64,000 bases of DNA. It comes from Schizochytrium sp. TIO01 (lineage: Eukaryota; Protista; Bigyra: Labyrinthulomycetes). Position numbers and translations under genes: made by a program. Positions 50,201 through 59,944 of the stretch are shown piece by piece (position 1 is the first letter of the stretch; each line of letters begins with the position of its first letter). The notes under the pieces are model-generated. The model had not been told where the DNA came from. It saw nothing but the letters and a program-made list of their open reading frames with translations, and searched no databases. Location: NCBI GenBank assembly GCA_004764695.1, contig SMSO01000014.1, positions 119,648-183,647 of the forward strand. The letters run 5' to 3'.

Positions 50201-52701
50201 TAAGCCACAGTAGTAGGAGAGGTGGTAGCAGAAGGGGCGGTAGGAGATCCTACGCTGACTGAGCGATGGATTCTGGCCTTGCTTGAAATGGAAAGAAAGA
50301 AGGAAACAAACGATGGAGAAGAGAGAGATGAAAGAAGGGAAAAGGTCAGAAGGAGGATCAGACTATAAGATGACAGTGACAACGCCACTTCTTTTGGCTG
50401 CGTGTCAGGGGCGCTGATGCCCTCAGGCCACCTCCCACGCGATATTAAATTAAAGAGAAAAGGTATTCTTTATTCTACAGAATCCCCTCTTGGCTCTGAA
50501 TTGTTCAGTCCTCACTTCTTTATCTTCTCAAGAGTGGAAATGAAAACGCATTTTTGTTTCTGTTTTTTTTGTTTTTCTATAAGGATAGGTAGAGTGATAT
50601 ACTGGTCGCCGTCTAACACTTTGTAGGAGGTTTGCAGACGTGCGATTCTTTACTTTCATTAGCGTTAGTGTTTGTTTTAGATTTAAAAGAGAATGTACTA
50701 TTTACTTCATGTATTTTCTGTTTTGTTGTACTTTTGAAGTAATAAAAAATGTAAGCAAGGTGAAGCACCGTAGTAATTTGAAGATGGAATTGATAGTGCA
50801 CGTCTCTCAGCTTTTTGGCGTGCGACCAAGACTACGCGATATTTTGGTTAAATTGATAGTATTCTTCAGTGTATAATGATCGACATGATTAAGAAATGCA
50901 TATAATACTTTGATGTATAAAATAAACAAATATATAGATGTGTTACTGATTGGTTGACATGAATGTTGAAACAGTGCGAAGTGACAGCGATTTATTATAT
51001 GGATTGTTTGTTTTCAGTTAGTGGATTGGAACGAAAGGAAAAGACGAGTTTGTGTCACCCCTTTGTGAAATGACCCGTAACAAGCCGCAAGCAGATTGAT
51101 TGCTCAGGAATGGAAATTTAAAGTTTTTCATCATAACACATGAAGATCATGACTTGCCATGCTCCTCGCATTATAAATGCATGAATGAATGAATGAACAA
51201 ATGAATGAAAAAAGGATAATTGATTTTATGATTGATTGGTCGAATGAGTGTATGTAGGTAACTTGACAAGAGTAGGAGCACTTTTTGAAAAGAATAAGCT
51301 TTCTTCCTTCAACTTTGCACGATTTGAGCTCTTCCTTTTCTGCCATGCGCCGAAAGAACTATGATGATCTTTTTAAAAGAATGAATCGGAGGGAAAGCTT
51401 TTTTTGTTGCGCAGAAGCATAGCGATCGGCCTAGATGAGGAGTAGCATTAGATGTGAAATGAAAGGAAAGATAAAAGAAAGCGTTTTCCCTCATCAAGAC
51501 CCATTGAAAAGAAAGACAGACGTAGCCAGTATTTTTTTCACTTTTAAATGGCTGATTAATCAACTTGTCCAGGGACAAGTTTTTTTTAAAGTGCACGCAT
51601 GATAAGGAGTCAGACTCGTTGACGTGTAATGTAAACAAGAAAATGCAAACGAAATAAAGCCAATACGCCACTCCCTATGCTGGGTCACACAGCCAGCTAG
51701 CCAGGCTTTTTGAGAATTAAAAAAGACTTTCTCTTACCTCCGAAATATTACAAAAAGGAAACAACAATAGAAATGAGCCACCACCTTTCTTTCTCACCTC
51801 CCGCTTTAATCGGATATATCATAGAACATATCGAGAGGAGGTACGTACTTCTTTCACCTCTTTCGCTTTATTTTATAAAGTTTAAAATGTTGCTCATTTT
51901 GCTAAGCGAAACCCACCGTCGATTCATCCTTGTTTTCTTTCTTTTTCGATGACCTGCCCCCTCCCTCTGTATTGAAAGATAAAGCTGCCGATTCAAGGTA
52001 AATTAAAAGTGAGGGTTAATGAAAGTTTTCTCTGCATACGAACTAAACTAATGACAACTGCTTTCTTCCCTCTCCCAAGAGGACTCCCGCAAAGAACTTC
52101 TTTCAAAAAGTAAAACATTATTAAGCGACCCTCGCCCTGCTTGCGCCCCTTTGCTTGAAAGGAACAAAAGGGAAGTAGAAAGACTTTTCACAACTTTCAA
52201 GGAAAGAGCGTCTTCGAGTCGGCAAGCAATCACCAAAGCGCTCGGCATCCGCCGCCCGTGAATCTCCAACTATATTATATATACATATATCTACATATAT
52301 ATACATATATCCACATATATACATACATAGTATAATATCAGCACCTACTGTCTAAGTAATAGTGTTCAATAGCTGATTGGAACAGAAGGACCCCTCGGTT
52401 CCCCCGCCTTATAAACGAAAGAGCAGCGTTCCACTTGGACGTGCTGTTCTGTTTGGACTGAAGTCTGTCTGTCTCCGTCTGCCATCTGTCTGCTGTGCAG
52501 GCTAGGCGAGGCAAAGCAAGGCGCGTCTTCTCCTGTTCCTCCTCCTCCTCTCGTTCCCCTCCGCGAGGGAGAGCAGGCGAGGCAGCGAGCGAGAAGAAGC
52601 AATCCATTGCATAACTCACGGATTGACGAAGAACGCGCGGTCGTTCTGTTGTCTCTCGGAACACATATTCACACAGAGAACACACACACAAGAAGAAGAA
52701 A

Positions 52702-54486
52702 ATGGCACGAGTAAAGCAAAACCAACTTGACGACGAGGTGCCCGTGCGCGGCGCGGAGCTCGGCGGCAAGCGACCTCTCGGTGGCGCGCCTGCGGCGTGC
52801 CGCACCGTGTTGGTGCCCACAGCCGCTCGCGAGTACGAGACCGGCCTCAGCAGCAAGCGCAAGCTTGTCCACATCCCACAATGGTGCGAAGTAGACGGTG
52901 TCCGCTACTTCAAACTTGCTGCCTTTCCCAACACTCATGAAGAACTCAGCTCGCATGCTGGAGCTCACGGATGTGTGGCAGCCTTCGAGGCAGAGTGCCT
53001 CTCCCAGGCCGCTCACCAAGGTCTGCCTTCGCGCCTTGCTCTTAAGTGTGTTCCATATGGCCTGAAGCGCAAGGGCCTCGAGAGCCCCTGGGCCAGCGAA
53101 TGGCGTATTCACAGATTTCTTCGCACATTGAGCGGTGCCGCCCAAAACGCCGTCGTAAGCTGCCTTGGAGGCGTTACGACGACCATTTCCAGGCAACGCC
53201 AAGTCTTTTTTGCACTCGAGCTCGTCGATACGGATCTCTTCACCATGATCGAGCGCTCTGCAAATGTGCCAGACTTTGGACTTTGGATTCTCAAAGCACT
53301 GCACTCAACAGCACTTTCTCTTCACGTTCTGCATGCTTCAGGTATTGTTTACTGTGACTTGAAACCAGAGAACGTCTTGGTCTCCAAAATCGATGGACAA
53401 GCCAAGTTTGGTGACTTTGATCGCTCATGTGTGCCTGGATTGAATCTTGGCGTCGTGGGTGGTACAAAGGGATACTACAGCCCGGAACGCATGGACAACT
53501 CAGGAATTCATACCGAGGCTGACGACGCCTGGGCCTTTGGTGTGCTCTTGCTCATTGGAGCTACAACAGCTGCGTCGCCTTATTTGGACTATGATAGCGC
53601 AACTGTGTACAAGTTTAACCCGGCTGTCTACATGCGCAAGTACACCAGGTGCCAATGGAGCCCCGTGGTGTTGGATCGCATGTGCACTCTTGCAGAGGAG
53701 CTGCTCAGAGTTGACTCCAACGTGAGGGCTCCGGTTGCCCTGGCCGTGAACACAATCGCATCAATTCTCAGCGATCATTACGGAATTCACGTCGACTCTC
53801 TGCCGCAGAACAATCTTGTGCCTGATTTTGCTTCACCAGTGCCGACCCCTGCTGCTGAGGACCCTCTTCTTATCGAGGAGGAGTGCGCTGTTGATGTTTC
53901 GAACCTTGTCAACGAACCCCAACATATTCGCCCCCAAGTGCTCTTGCACCACCTCCAGCAACAGCAGGTTTTGGCACAGCAATACCAACAACACTACTCT
54001 ATGGAGCTTCCCCAGGCACCGATGAACCCCATGGCTGCTGTTGTGGCAGCAGCTGCTGTCGCACAGCAGCAACAGCAACAACAACAGGCTCTTGCTCATC
54101 AATACCAGCAACTTCAGCCGCCGCCTTGCCTGACGCACTCTTCGGCCACCACTGTGACCCTTGGCACCTCAATGCCGCACATGCGCTTCGTGCCGCAGCT
54201 TGCCATCTCATGCTCCACCTCGTCTGCACTTTCCTATGCATCTTCCTCAGCAGCCACTGCTCCCTTCTCCCCGAGGGGATCCCCGGCCCGCTCTGCAAGT
54301 ACCCTTATGATGCAGCCGCTTCAACCCTCGTCTCTTACCATTCCACCCACTCAGAGCCTTCTTCAAGCTGTAGACCACGTGCAGCCCCATCCCTCGTACT
54401 GCAAAATGTCATTCAAGCGCGAACGCTCCGTCTCTGGTGTTGTACCCTCAGATGCGCAGTACAAGTTCGCTCGCTGCATGTACTGA
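52702..54486 (+). CDS. Ser/Thr protein kinase with Q/P/S-rich C-terminal tail (594 aa)
   Basis: AGAHGCV (Gly loop), LALK, IVYCDLKPEN, GDFD, GTKGYYSPE, DAWAFG; poly-Q tail; strong codon bias. Confidence 0.92.
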   Translation: MARVKQNQLDDEVPVRGAELGGKRPLGGAPAACRTVLVPTAAREYETGLSSKRKLVHIPQWCEVDGVRYFKLAAFPNTHEELSSHAGAHGCVAAFEAECLSQAAHQGLPSRLALKCVPYGLKRKGLESPWASEWRIHRFLRTLSGAAQNAVVSCLGGVTTTISRQRQVFFALELVDTDLFTMIERSANVPDFGLWILKALHSTALSLHVLHASGIVYCDLKPENVLVSKIDGQAKFGDFDRSCVPGLNLGVVGGTKGYYSPERMDNSGIHTEADDAWAFGVLLLIGATTAASPYLDYDSATVYKFNPAVYMRKYTRCQWSPVVLDRMCTLAEELLRVDSNVRAPVALAVNTIASILSDHYGIHVDSLPQNNLVPDFASPVPTPAAEDPLLIEEECAVDVSNLVNEPQHIRPQVLLHHLQQQQVLAQQYQQHYSMELPQAPMNPMAAVVAAAAVAQQQQQQQQALAHQYQQLQPPPCLTHSSATTVTLGTSMPHMRFVPQLAISCSTSSALSYASSSAATAPFSPRGSPARSASTLMMQPLQPSSLTIPPTQSLLQAVDHVQPHPSYCKMSFKRERSVSGVVPSDAQYKFARCMY

Positions 54487-55004
54487 GTGTGCGGGGTTTA
54501 TGAGTCTCTTCATGTAATTACAAAATTCTAGTGAGAGAGATAATGTCTCTTTTGCTTATCAACAAAAAACCTCACATAGCCAAACACTGAAAAACTAGCC
54601 TACAAAAGATAACATACTACATTCTGATGTGCCATACGCCAGCCGGTAAGTGTGCCAATCTCTTTTATTCTTACCTATTAAGAAAAAGGGATTAGTGCCT
54701 CGGTTGGTCCTATGCCTGCCCATCTGCATATTTATTCTTTCCAACGACATGCCTTCATTTTTGTTTCACTTGATTAGTCCTTGTTTGTCTTGAAGTCTAG
54801 CGAACATGTTATAGACGTCATCTTGGTATTAGCATATAAAAAGCAGCTCTTCTGTGAGGACGGGAGTTTCTGGCGTAGTGCACAGCTCTGTGTGGCGCTC
54901 ACAACTGTAATGTATCTATGTATATATTTTAAGACTTGGCATTCAATTCTGAAATAATGAACTCTCTGTGCATTATAATATATTTGAGTTCGTCAAGGTG
55001 CGTC

Positions 55005-55140
55005 GTCAGCTGGACCTGAAAGTAGGGAAATCGACAAAGATCAAAACTATGTTGAGAGATAAAGATTGAAGTTATACACATACATTGAGATACAAAGATT
55101 AGATAGTGTGCAAGTCAGCTGGACCTGAAAATAGGGAAAT
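55005..55140 (+). repeat. 27-bp direct repeat, two copies 109 bp apart, between convergent 3' ends
   Basis: GTCAGCTGGACCTGAAAGTAGGGAAAT (55005) and GTCAGCTGGACCTGAAAATAGGGAAAT (55114). Confidence 0.75.
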
Positions 55141-55290
55141 AAACCATATACAAATATAGATTCAGAGAGATTAAGAGTATGCAAGGGACGCAAACGAGTA
55201 TGATACTCATTTTCCATTTTTAGCCCATTTCTCTTCTTTTCAACTGTTCCTAAAATAAAAAAATAGAGAAAGAGAGCTAGAGATTGATAA

Positions 55291-57168
55291 TCACTCAACC
55301 TCGTACTTACAAATTGGGCATGTCCGGGCAGCACTCAACCACCTATCAACACAACTCTTATGCATAAAATGGAAGCATGGTAACGTACGAAGTTCATCTT
55401 CAACCTGATAAGGCTCCATGCATATACAACAATCCGACTCACCACGCCGCAACGCATGCTCACGTATTGCGCCAAACGTCGTCACAGGCAATCTCTCTAA
55501 AATACGAGGATCCACACGCACAGGTCGCCGCAGTGATGGCATTATCAACAACACCAAACGATCAGCCTGGTCAAAATCAACACCTCCGCTTGCAGTAATC
55601 GGAAATACGTTTAATGAAGAGTGTAAAACCGGCGTTCGAGGATCTTGCATCGGCATCACAGCAATAACCTCGCGAAGCTCCTGCAGAAAGACCACACTAG
55701 GCCGCTGCGAAGTACGTGGATCATCCAACATTCGTTCCACAGAAATCCATAAAGGACAATCAGGGTTTGGCATAGGTTGCCCACATGGACAACAGAAAAT
55801 GGCACATCGAGGAAGTCCTCGTGGCGCTTCTGGAATACCACCACACCGCAGGCAGCGACTTCCAGAGTCTTCCTCCTCATCCCAAGGGGTACCATGCGAA
55901 GATGTGCTCAAAGCCTCGCCATGGCCCTCAATCGAGTCCTGAGACGCATCATCTACAAAATCAGGGGATCCCGGTGCATCCAAAACAAGCGCTTCACGTG
56001 AAATAGGTTCCCCTTGCGTATACACTGTTGAGCCCCTTGCCAAGACCCCACCACAACTAGGCTGTACATCAATTACACGCCACTCCATCATAACAACCTC
56101 TGAAATCTCGGCAGTACTGCGTGCAGTGCCTTCAAAGTAGTCGAGCCGCCGCTGTCGAATTTCCTCGCGAGACGCCGCTTGACCTCGTGCTACATGATTT
56201 CGACGACACACTCGCCCTTGAACATGTTGTTGAAATACAGGCACCCAAATGCTTTGCCCGCGCTCCACATGCACAGGCCCAACACTGCTTAAATACCGCG
56301 CAACTTGGACGCCAAGGTCATCCCTACGACCAGACCTTGGACTCTGCAAACTGCTCACACTGCTTCCTGCCACCGAGGATGCTGGCGAAACTGGCCTTTC
56401 CTGGACAGGATCCAAAGTTAACCTTTCTGGGAGCGTATCTGCCACTGGCAACAGCCTTAAATTCTCCACCGTGAGGACAGGGCTCTCCACATCAAAGTGC
56501 ATTGCAGTCTCCGCATTCACGACGCCGCCCTCCACAGGGTCGCATGCCCTTACCATAAACCAGGTTTGAGATTCCTCATCAAAAATGCTTTGGCCTGCCA
56601 CCAAGTGCAAAGATCCACCTTGCGCTTGCACCGTGCATGCCACACGTTTTACAGCTCGGAAACAAGCCCCATCTGTAAGATCTGCACGTTGCCATCCATC
56701 CATTTTCTGCATTGGAGACAGGAGAACCTTGCGCAGCTCGCGCCCTATACTTGGAGCATGCTGAATTGCAAATGCACATTGCACTCGTATGCGTGTCTTT
56801 CCCTTTTCTACAAGACCCAAGACGCCCCGCGGGAGCGTGCGCACAACCTTGAAGCGGGACCCCGCTACAACCTGGCCCTCGCAGCAGAGAGTTGGACCCA
56901 TTCCATCAAAAAGTTCGTCCACGAGATCTCGAGGGGCACTCCGGTCATCGTCATCATCATCATCATCATCGTCGCTGTCGCCGTCGCTAGGCACGGAAGC
57001 ACTAAGGATGCCATTGCCAATTGTGCCATCCTCGCGGCTGCACGAGCCCAGCTGAAGAAGAACAACCTCCTCGAGAGGAGACCACTTCGCAGCGTCAACT
57101 GCGTCGCTCACAGGAATAGGAGCCGCGGCAACGGGGCCGCGACCACGCTGCGAACCGGCGTTGCCCAT
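55291..57168 (-). CDS. RING-H2 E3 ubiquitin ligase with predicted N-myristoylation, CDC48/p97-Nc-like repeats and a VCP-binding motif (625 aa)
   Basis: C-terminal CCICMEPY...LPCFHFMHKSCVDRWL...TCPICK RING-H2; MGNAGS start; EEIRQRRLDYF; repeats ending (F/W)xV...P..G.V/L. Confidence 0.88.
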   Translation of the reverse strand: MGNAGSQRGRGPVAAAPIPVSDAVDAAKWSPLEEVVLLQLGSCSREDGTIGNGILSASVPSDGDSDDDDDDDDDDRSAPRDLVDELFDGMGPTLCCEGQVVAGSRFKVVRTLPRGVLGLVEKGKTRIRVQCAFAIQHAPSIGRELRKVLLSPMQKMDGWQRADLTDGACFRAVKRVACTVQAQGGSLHLVAGQSIFDEESQTWFMVRACDPVEGGVVNAETAMHFDVESPVLTVENLRLLPVADTLPERLTLDPVQERPVSPASSVAGSSVSSLQSPRSGRRDDLGVQVARYLSSVGPVHVERGQSIWVPVFQQHVQGRVCRRNHVARGQAASREEIRQRRLDYFEGTARSTAEISEVVMMEWRVIDVQPSCGGVLARGSTVYTQGEPISREALVLDAPGSPDFVDDASQDSIEGHGEALSTSSHGTPWDEEEDSGSRCLRCGGIPEAPRGLPRCAIFCCPCGQPMPNPDCPLWISVERMLDDPRTSQRPSVVFLQELREVIAVMPMQDPRTPVLHSSLNVFPITASGGVDFDQADRLVLLIMPSLRRPVRVDPRILERLPVTTFGAIREHALRRGESDCCICMEPYQVEDELRTLPCFHFMHKSCVDRWLSAARTCPICKYEVE

Positions 57169-57795
57169 CGCTCACTTCAAGGTTTGCTTTGCCTTTGGCT
57201 CCAGAGACCTAACTAACTCCCCTCATATTTCTCTCTTCTTCAAAAAATCATCCTCGTCGTTGTTTTCTACATTGAGTTTACGCTAGGACTAGTTAACCCG
57301 AAATTCACAAGAAAAAGGGCTCGAGTACTCACTCAATTCCTTTTCTTTTACTAATACTAGTTTCCTTTTGTTTTCGTTCCTCTTGTCTTGACTACGAGCT
57401 AGCAGTGTGCTTTGTTTGACGCGTACAGCGAGAGGTAGCTGTACTGCAAGTGGCCAAGGGCACAACGACGGTGAGTGATGAGTGGTAACAGTACGAGGTT
57501 TTCACTTCTGACCCAGTGCCCATCCACTCACGTCAACAACAGACGTAAGCTTGGAGCCCAATTCTCTACAAAGGGAAGAAGATAGCGGATTATTAATGGC
57601 AGGTCCTAGGTAGCTCCTAAGTTAGTAGCGATCTCTCGATTGAGATGAGTAATGAGTCTAAGCATGGCGGAAAACAAGGGAAACAAAAGCAGTCACTAAA
57701 ATACAAACTAGGAAACCAGCACGAAGAATAAAAAGCCTCTGGGTCTTTTAAAAATAAGAATAGATTGGTTGTATTTATACTTAGTTTCAGGCGGT

Positions 57796-59391
57796 CTATG
57801 CATTTCCGCCGTCTTCATTGTCTTCAAAGTCTTCGTAATCTCCATCACTTTCATCGTCATCGGGGTTGGTTCGATCCAAGATCTCATTGTCTTCATCTTC
57901 ATCCTCAAGATCCTCATCATCGATAAGCTGGCCTACAGGGGCAAAGTATGTGTCAATTAACTCAATCTCAAAACGCAAAATAGCATCGGGGGGTATAACT
58001 GGAGGGCGACCCGTTTCGCCATATGCCATGTGTGGCTGTACGCGAAGATTAATACGCTCACCTCGAGACATCAGTCGCACTGCTTTATCCCAGGCTGGAA
58101 TGACATGCCCTCCACCTACCAGAAAGTCAAACGGACGTCCACGTTTTCGAGACGATTCAAACACTGTTCCATTGTCCAATGAGGCTACATAATGGACCAT
58201 CGCAAATTGGCCCTTGCGTGGAAAGCGCTGACCATCGCCTGGAAACACTCGTTCTAATTCAATGCCGTCCAAGTCATCCTCACAGGTCACACTTTCTGTA
58301 TCTAAATAAGACAAGACGCTTTCTTCGTCTACAGATTTCTCTTCACTGTACTCCTCCTCATCAATAGGAAAGTCTTCATCTCCGTCTCCTGCAAATTTGC
58401 TCTCGCGCCCCGTTTTCCCCTCCTCTAGGATATCACTATCATCATCATCGCCGTCGTCCTCTTCTCTCCCATCGCCTCTATTCTTGCGGCCTCGCTTACC
58501 CTTGCCTTGTGGACTTGAAGGAGTTCCAGTACGCCCACCAAGTAAATCTGTTGTATTCTCATCGTCCTCATCTTCGCCGTACAAAGGACCCGATAAATTA
58601 TTTTCAACACGATAATCTAGAACTGCAGTATACAGCGGTTCTCGAAATTTTAGCTTGACGCCCATTTCTTGAATATCTGACATTTGAATCGCCGCCAGAG
58701 CGCTCATATCGTCAAAACCCTCCTCCACCAATCGATCGTAAAGAACCTCTAAATTATGCACTGCAAGGAATCGCTGAACTTGTAAAAGACCTTCTTCAGC
58801 ACGTTGTGCTGCAGACTCTTCCATTGTCTTATACTTTCCAAAATGCTCAATAAGCTTATCCCGCTCTTGCTCTCGTGCCTGCTCAAAGTCCAAAATATCA
58901 TCCAAATCATCAGTGCCAAGGAATGCTGGTTTGTCCCATGATGATTCACCCGTGCGGGTGTTATAATAAAACACATTGCCTTCGTCATCAAAAGCTTTCT
59001 GGTAAACACTAGCCACCAAGAGCTTCAGCCGTTTTCGTGCTGCTCTTGTGCGGAAAAGGTTTTGGATAAATTGTGCCGCCTCAGTTTCCGTCATATCGTC
59101 AGCTTTGCGAAGTGCTCCACGCTTACGTTTAGATTCCTGCTGCTCGAAACGTCTTCGTGCGCGAGGTGTCAGGACATCATCACCCATCAAAAGCGCAGGT
59201 TTCGTCCAGCTCGTCTCTCCGCTCAACACATTGCGATAATACCAACATCGACTTCCCTCATCGTATATACGCTCGTAAACAGACCTTGCAAGCGTACGAA
59301 CTTGCTCACGAGCACGCAATGAGCGAAACCAAGCCTGCAAAGTACATGCTGCCTCCAGCCGGTCTTCATCATCATAATCTACGAAACCCAT
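57796..59391 (-). CDS. IQ-WW-IQ-WW-SAM-FKBP peptidyl-prolyl isomerase protein (531 aa)
   Basis: IQ motifs LQAWFRSLRAR and IQNLFRTRAAR. WW domains YYRNVLSGETSWTKP and FYYNTRTGESSWDKP. SAM-like VQRFLAVHNLEVLYDRLVEEGFDDM. FKBP GDGQRFPRKGQ..VHY..FESSRKRGRPF..VIPAWD..AYG..IPPDAILRFEIEL. Confidence 0.9.
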   Translation of the reverse strand: MGFVDYDDEDRLEAACTLQAWFRSLRAREQVRTLARSVYERIYDEGSRCWYYRNVLSGETSWTKPALLMGDDVLTPRARRRFEQQESKRKRGALRKADDMTETEAAQFIQNLFRTRAARKRLKLLVASVYQKAFDDEGNVFYYNTRTGESSWDKPAFLGTDDLDDILDFEQAREQERDKLIEHFGKYKTMEESAAQRAEEGLLQVQRFLAVHNLEVLYDRLVEEGFDDMSALAAIQMSDIQEMGVKLKFREPLYTAVLDYRVENNLSGPLYGEDEDDENTTDLLGGRTGTPSSPQGKGKRGRKNRGDGREEDDGDDDDSDILEEGKTGRESKFAGDGDEDFPIDEEEYSEEKSVDEESVLSYLDTESVTCEDDLDGIELERVFPGDGQRFPRKGQFAMVHYVASLDNGTVFESSRKRGRPFDFLVGGGHVIPAWDKAVRLMSRGERINLRVQPHMAYGETGRPPVIPPDAILRFEIELIDTYFAPVGQLIDDEDLEDEDEDNEILDRTNPDDDESDGDYEDFEDNEDGGNA

Positions 59392-59944
59392 GTCAATGCC
59401 GTGCCTCTAGGAAAACGCAGTTAACTAACTAGGCGGCCACTACGCACAGCCGCCCAGCACTGTCGAGAACCCTAGAGAGCTCACGATCAGCCACAGAAAC
59501 CGAACCTCGTCCCTCGGAAAAGAAAAAAAATAGTTGCATTGCTGTAACCAAACGCGAGGCGCGGACCACTCCACATCGATCTCGTCGAGATAATCTCCTC
59601 CTCCTACTGTCTAGCTACCACTACGTACTAATCATGATGGTAGATGCGGCACGTGAGTACACACCTTTTTAGTTCATTTTATGAAAGACTTGCCTGGTCT
59701 TTCAACATTACTACTATTAGCAGTATCCTAGCTAAATGGTATTAGTAGTAAATAGTACTGGAATCATGTTGATAGCTAGCTGCGGATCCGTTCTCCAAAG
59801 AAAACCAAGTACACACTACCTAGTTAGTAAGTAAGGACTATGGTGCGAGGCAAGTTGACGTTCGAGCATCTCTTGGCAACACAAGAAAAGGCTTGAACAT
59901 AGAGAGCGCGATCAAGGAGGGTCGCGCAGCAAAGTGTGGACACT
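59392..59944. promoter_or_regulatory. Putative bidirectional promoter region
   Basis: ~550 bp between two divergently oriented IQ-WW genes. Confidence 0.5.

Noticed and set aside
23000-52600. Numerous 60-140 aa ORFs in the gene desert
   Set aside because: Mostly non-ATG starts and translations of SSRs (SLTH, KQTN, RERE); no recognisable domains.
54470-54486. C-terminal CaaX prenylation signal on the kinase (ARCMY)
   Set aside because: The cysteine is third, not fourth, from the end.
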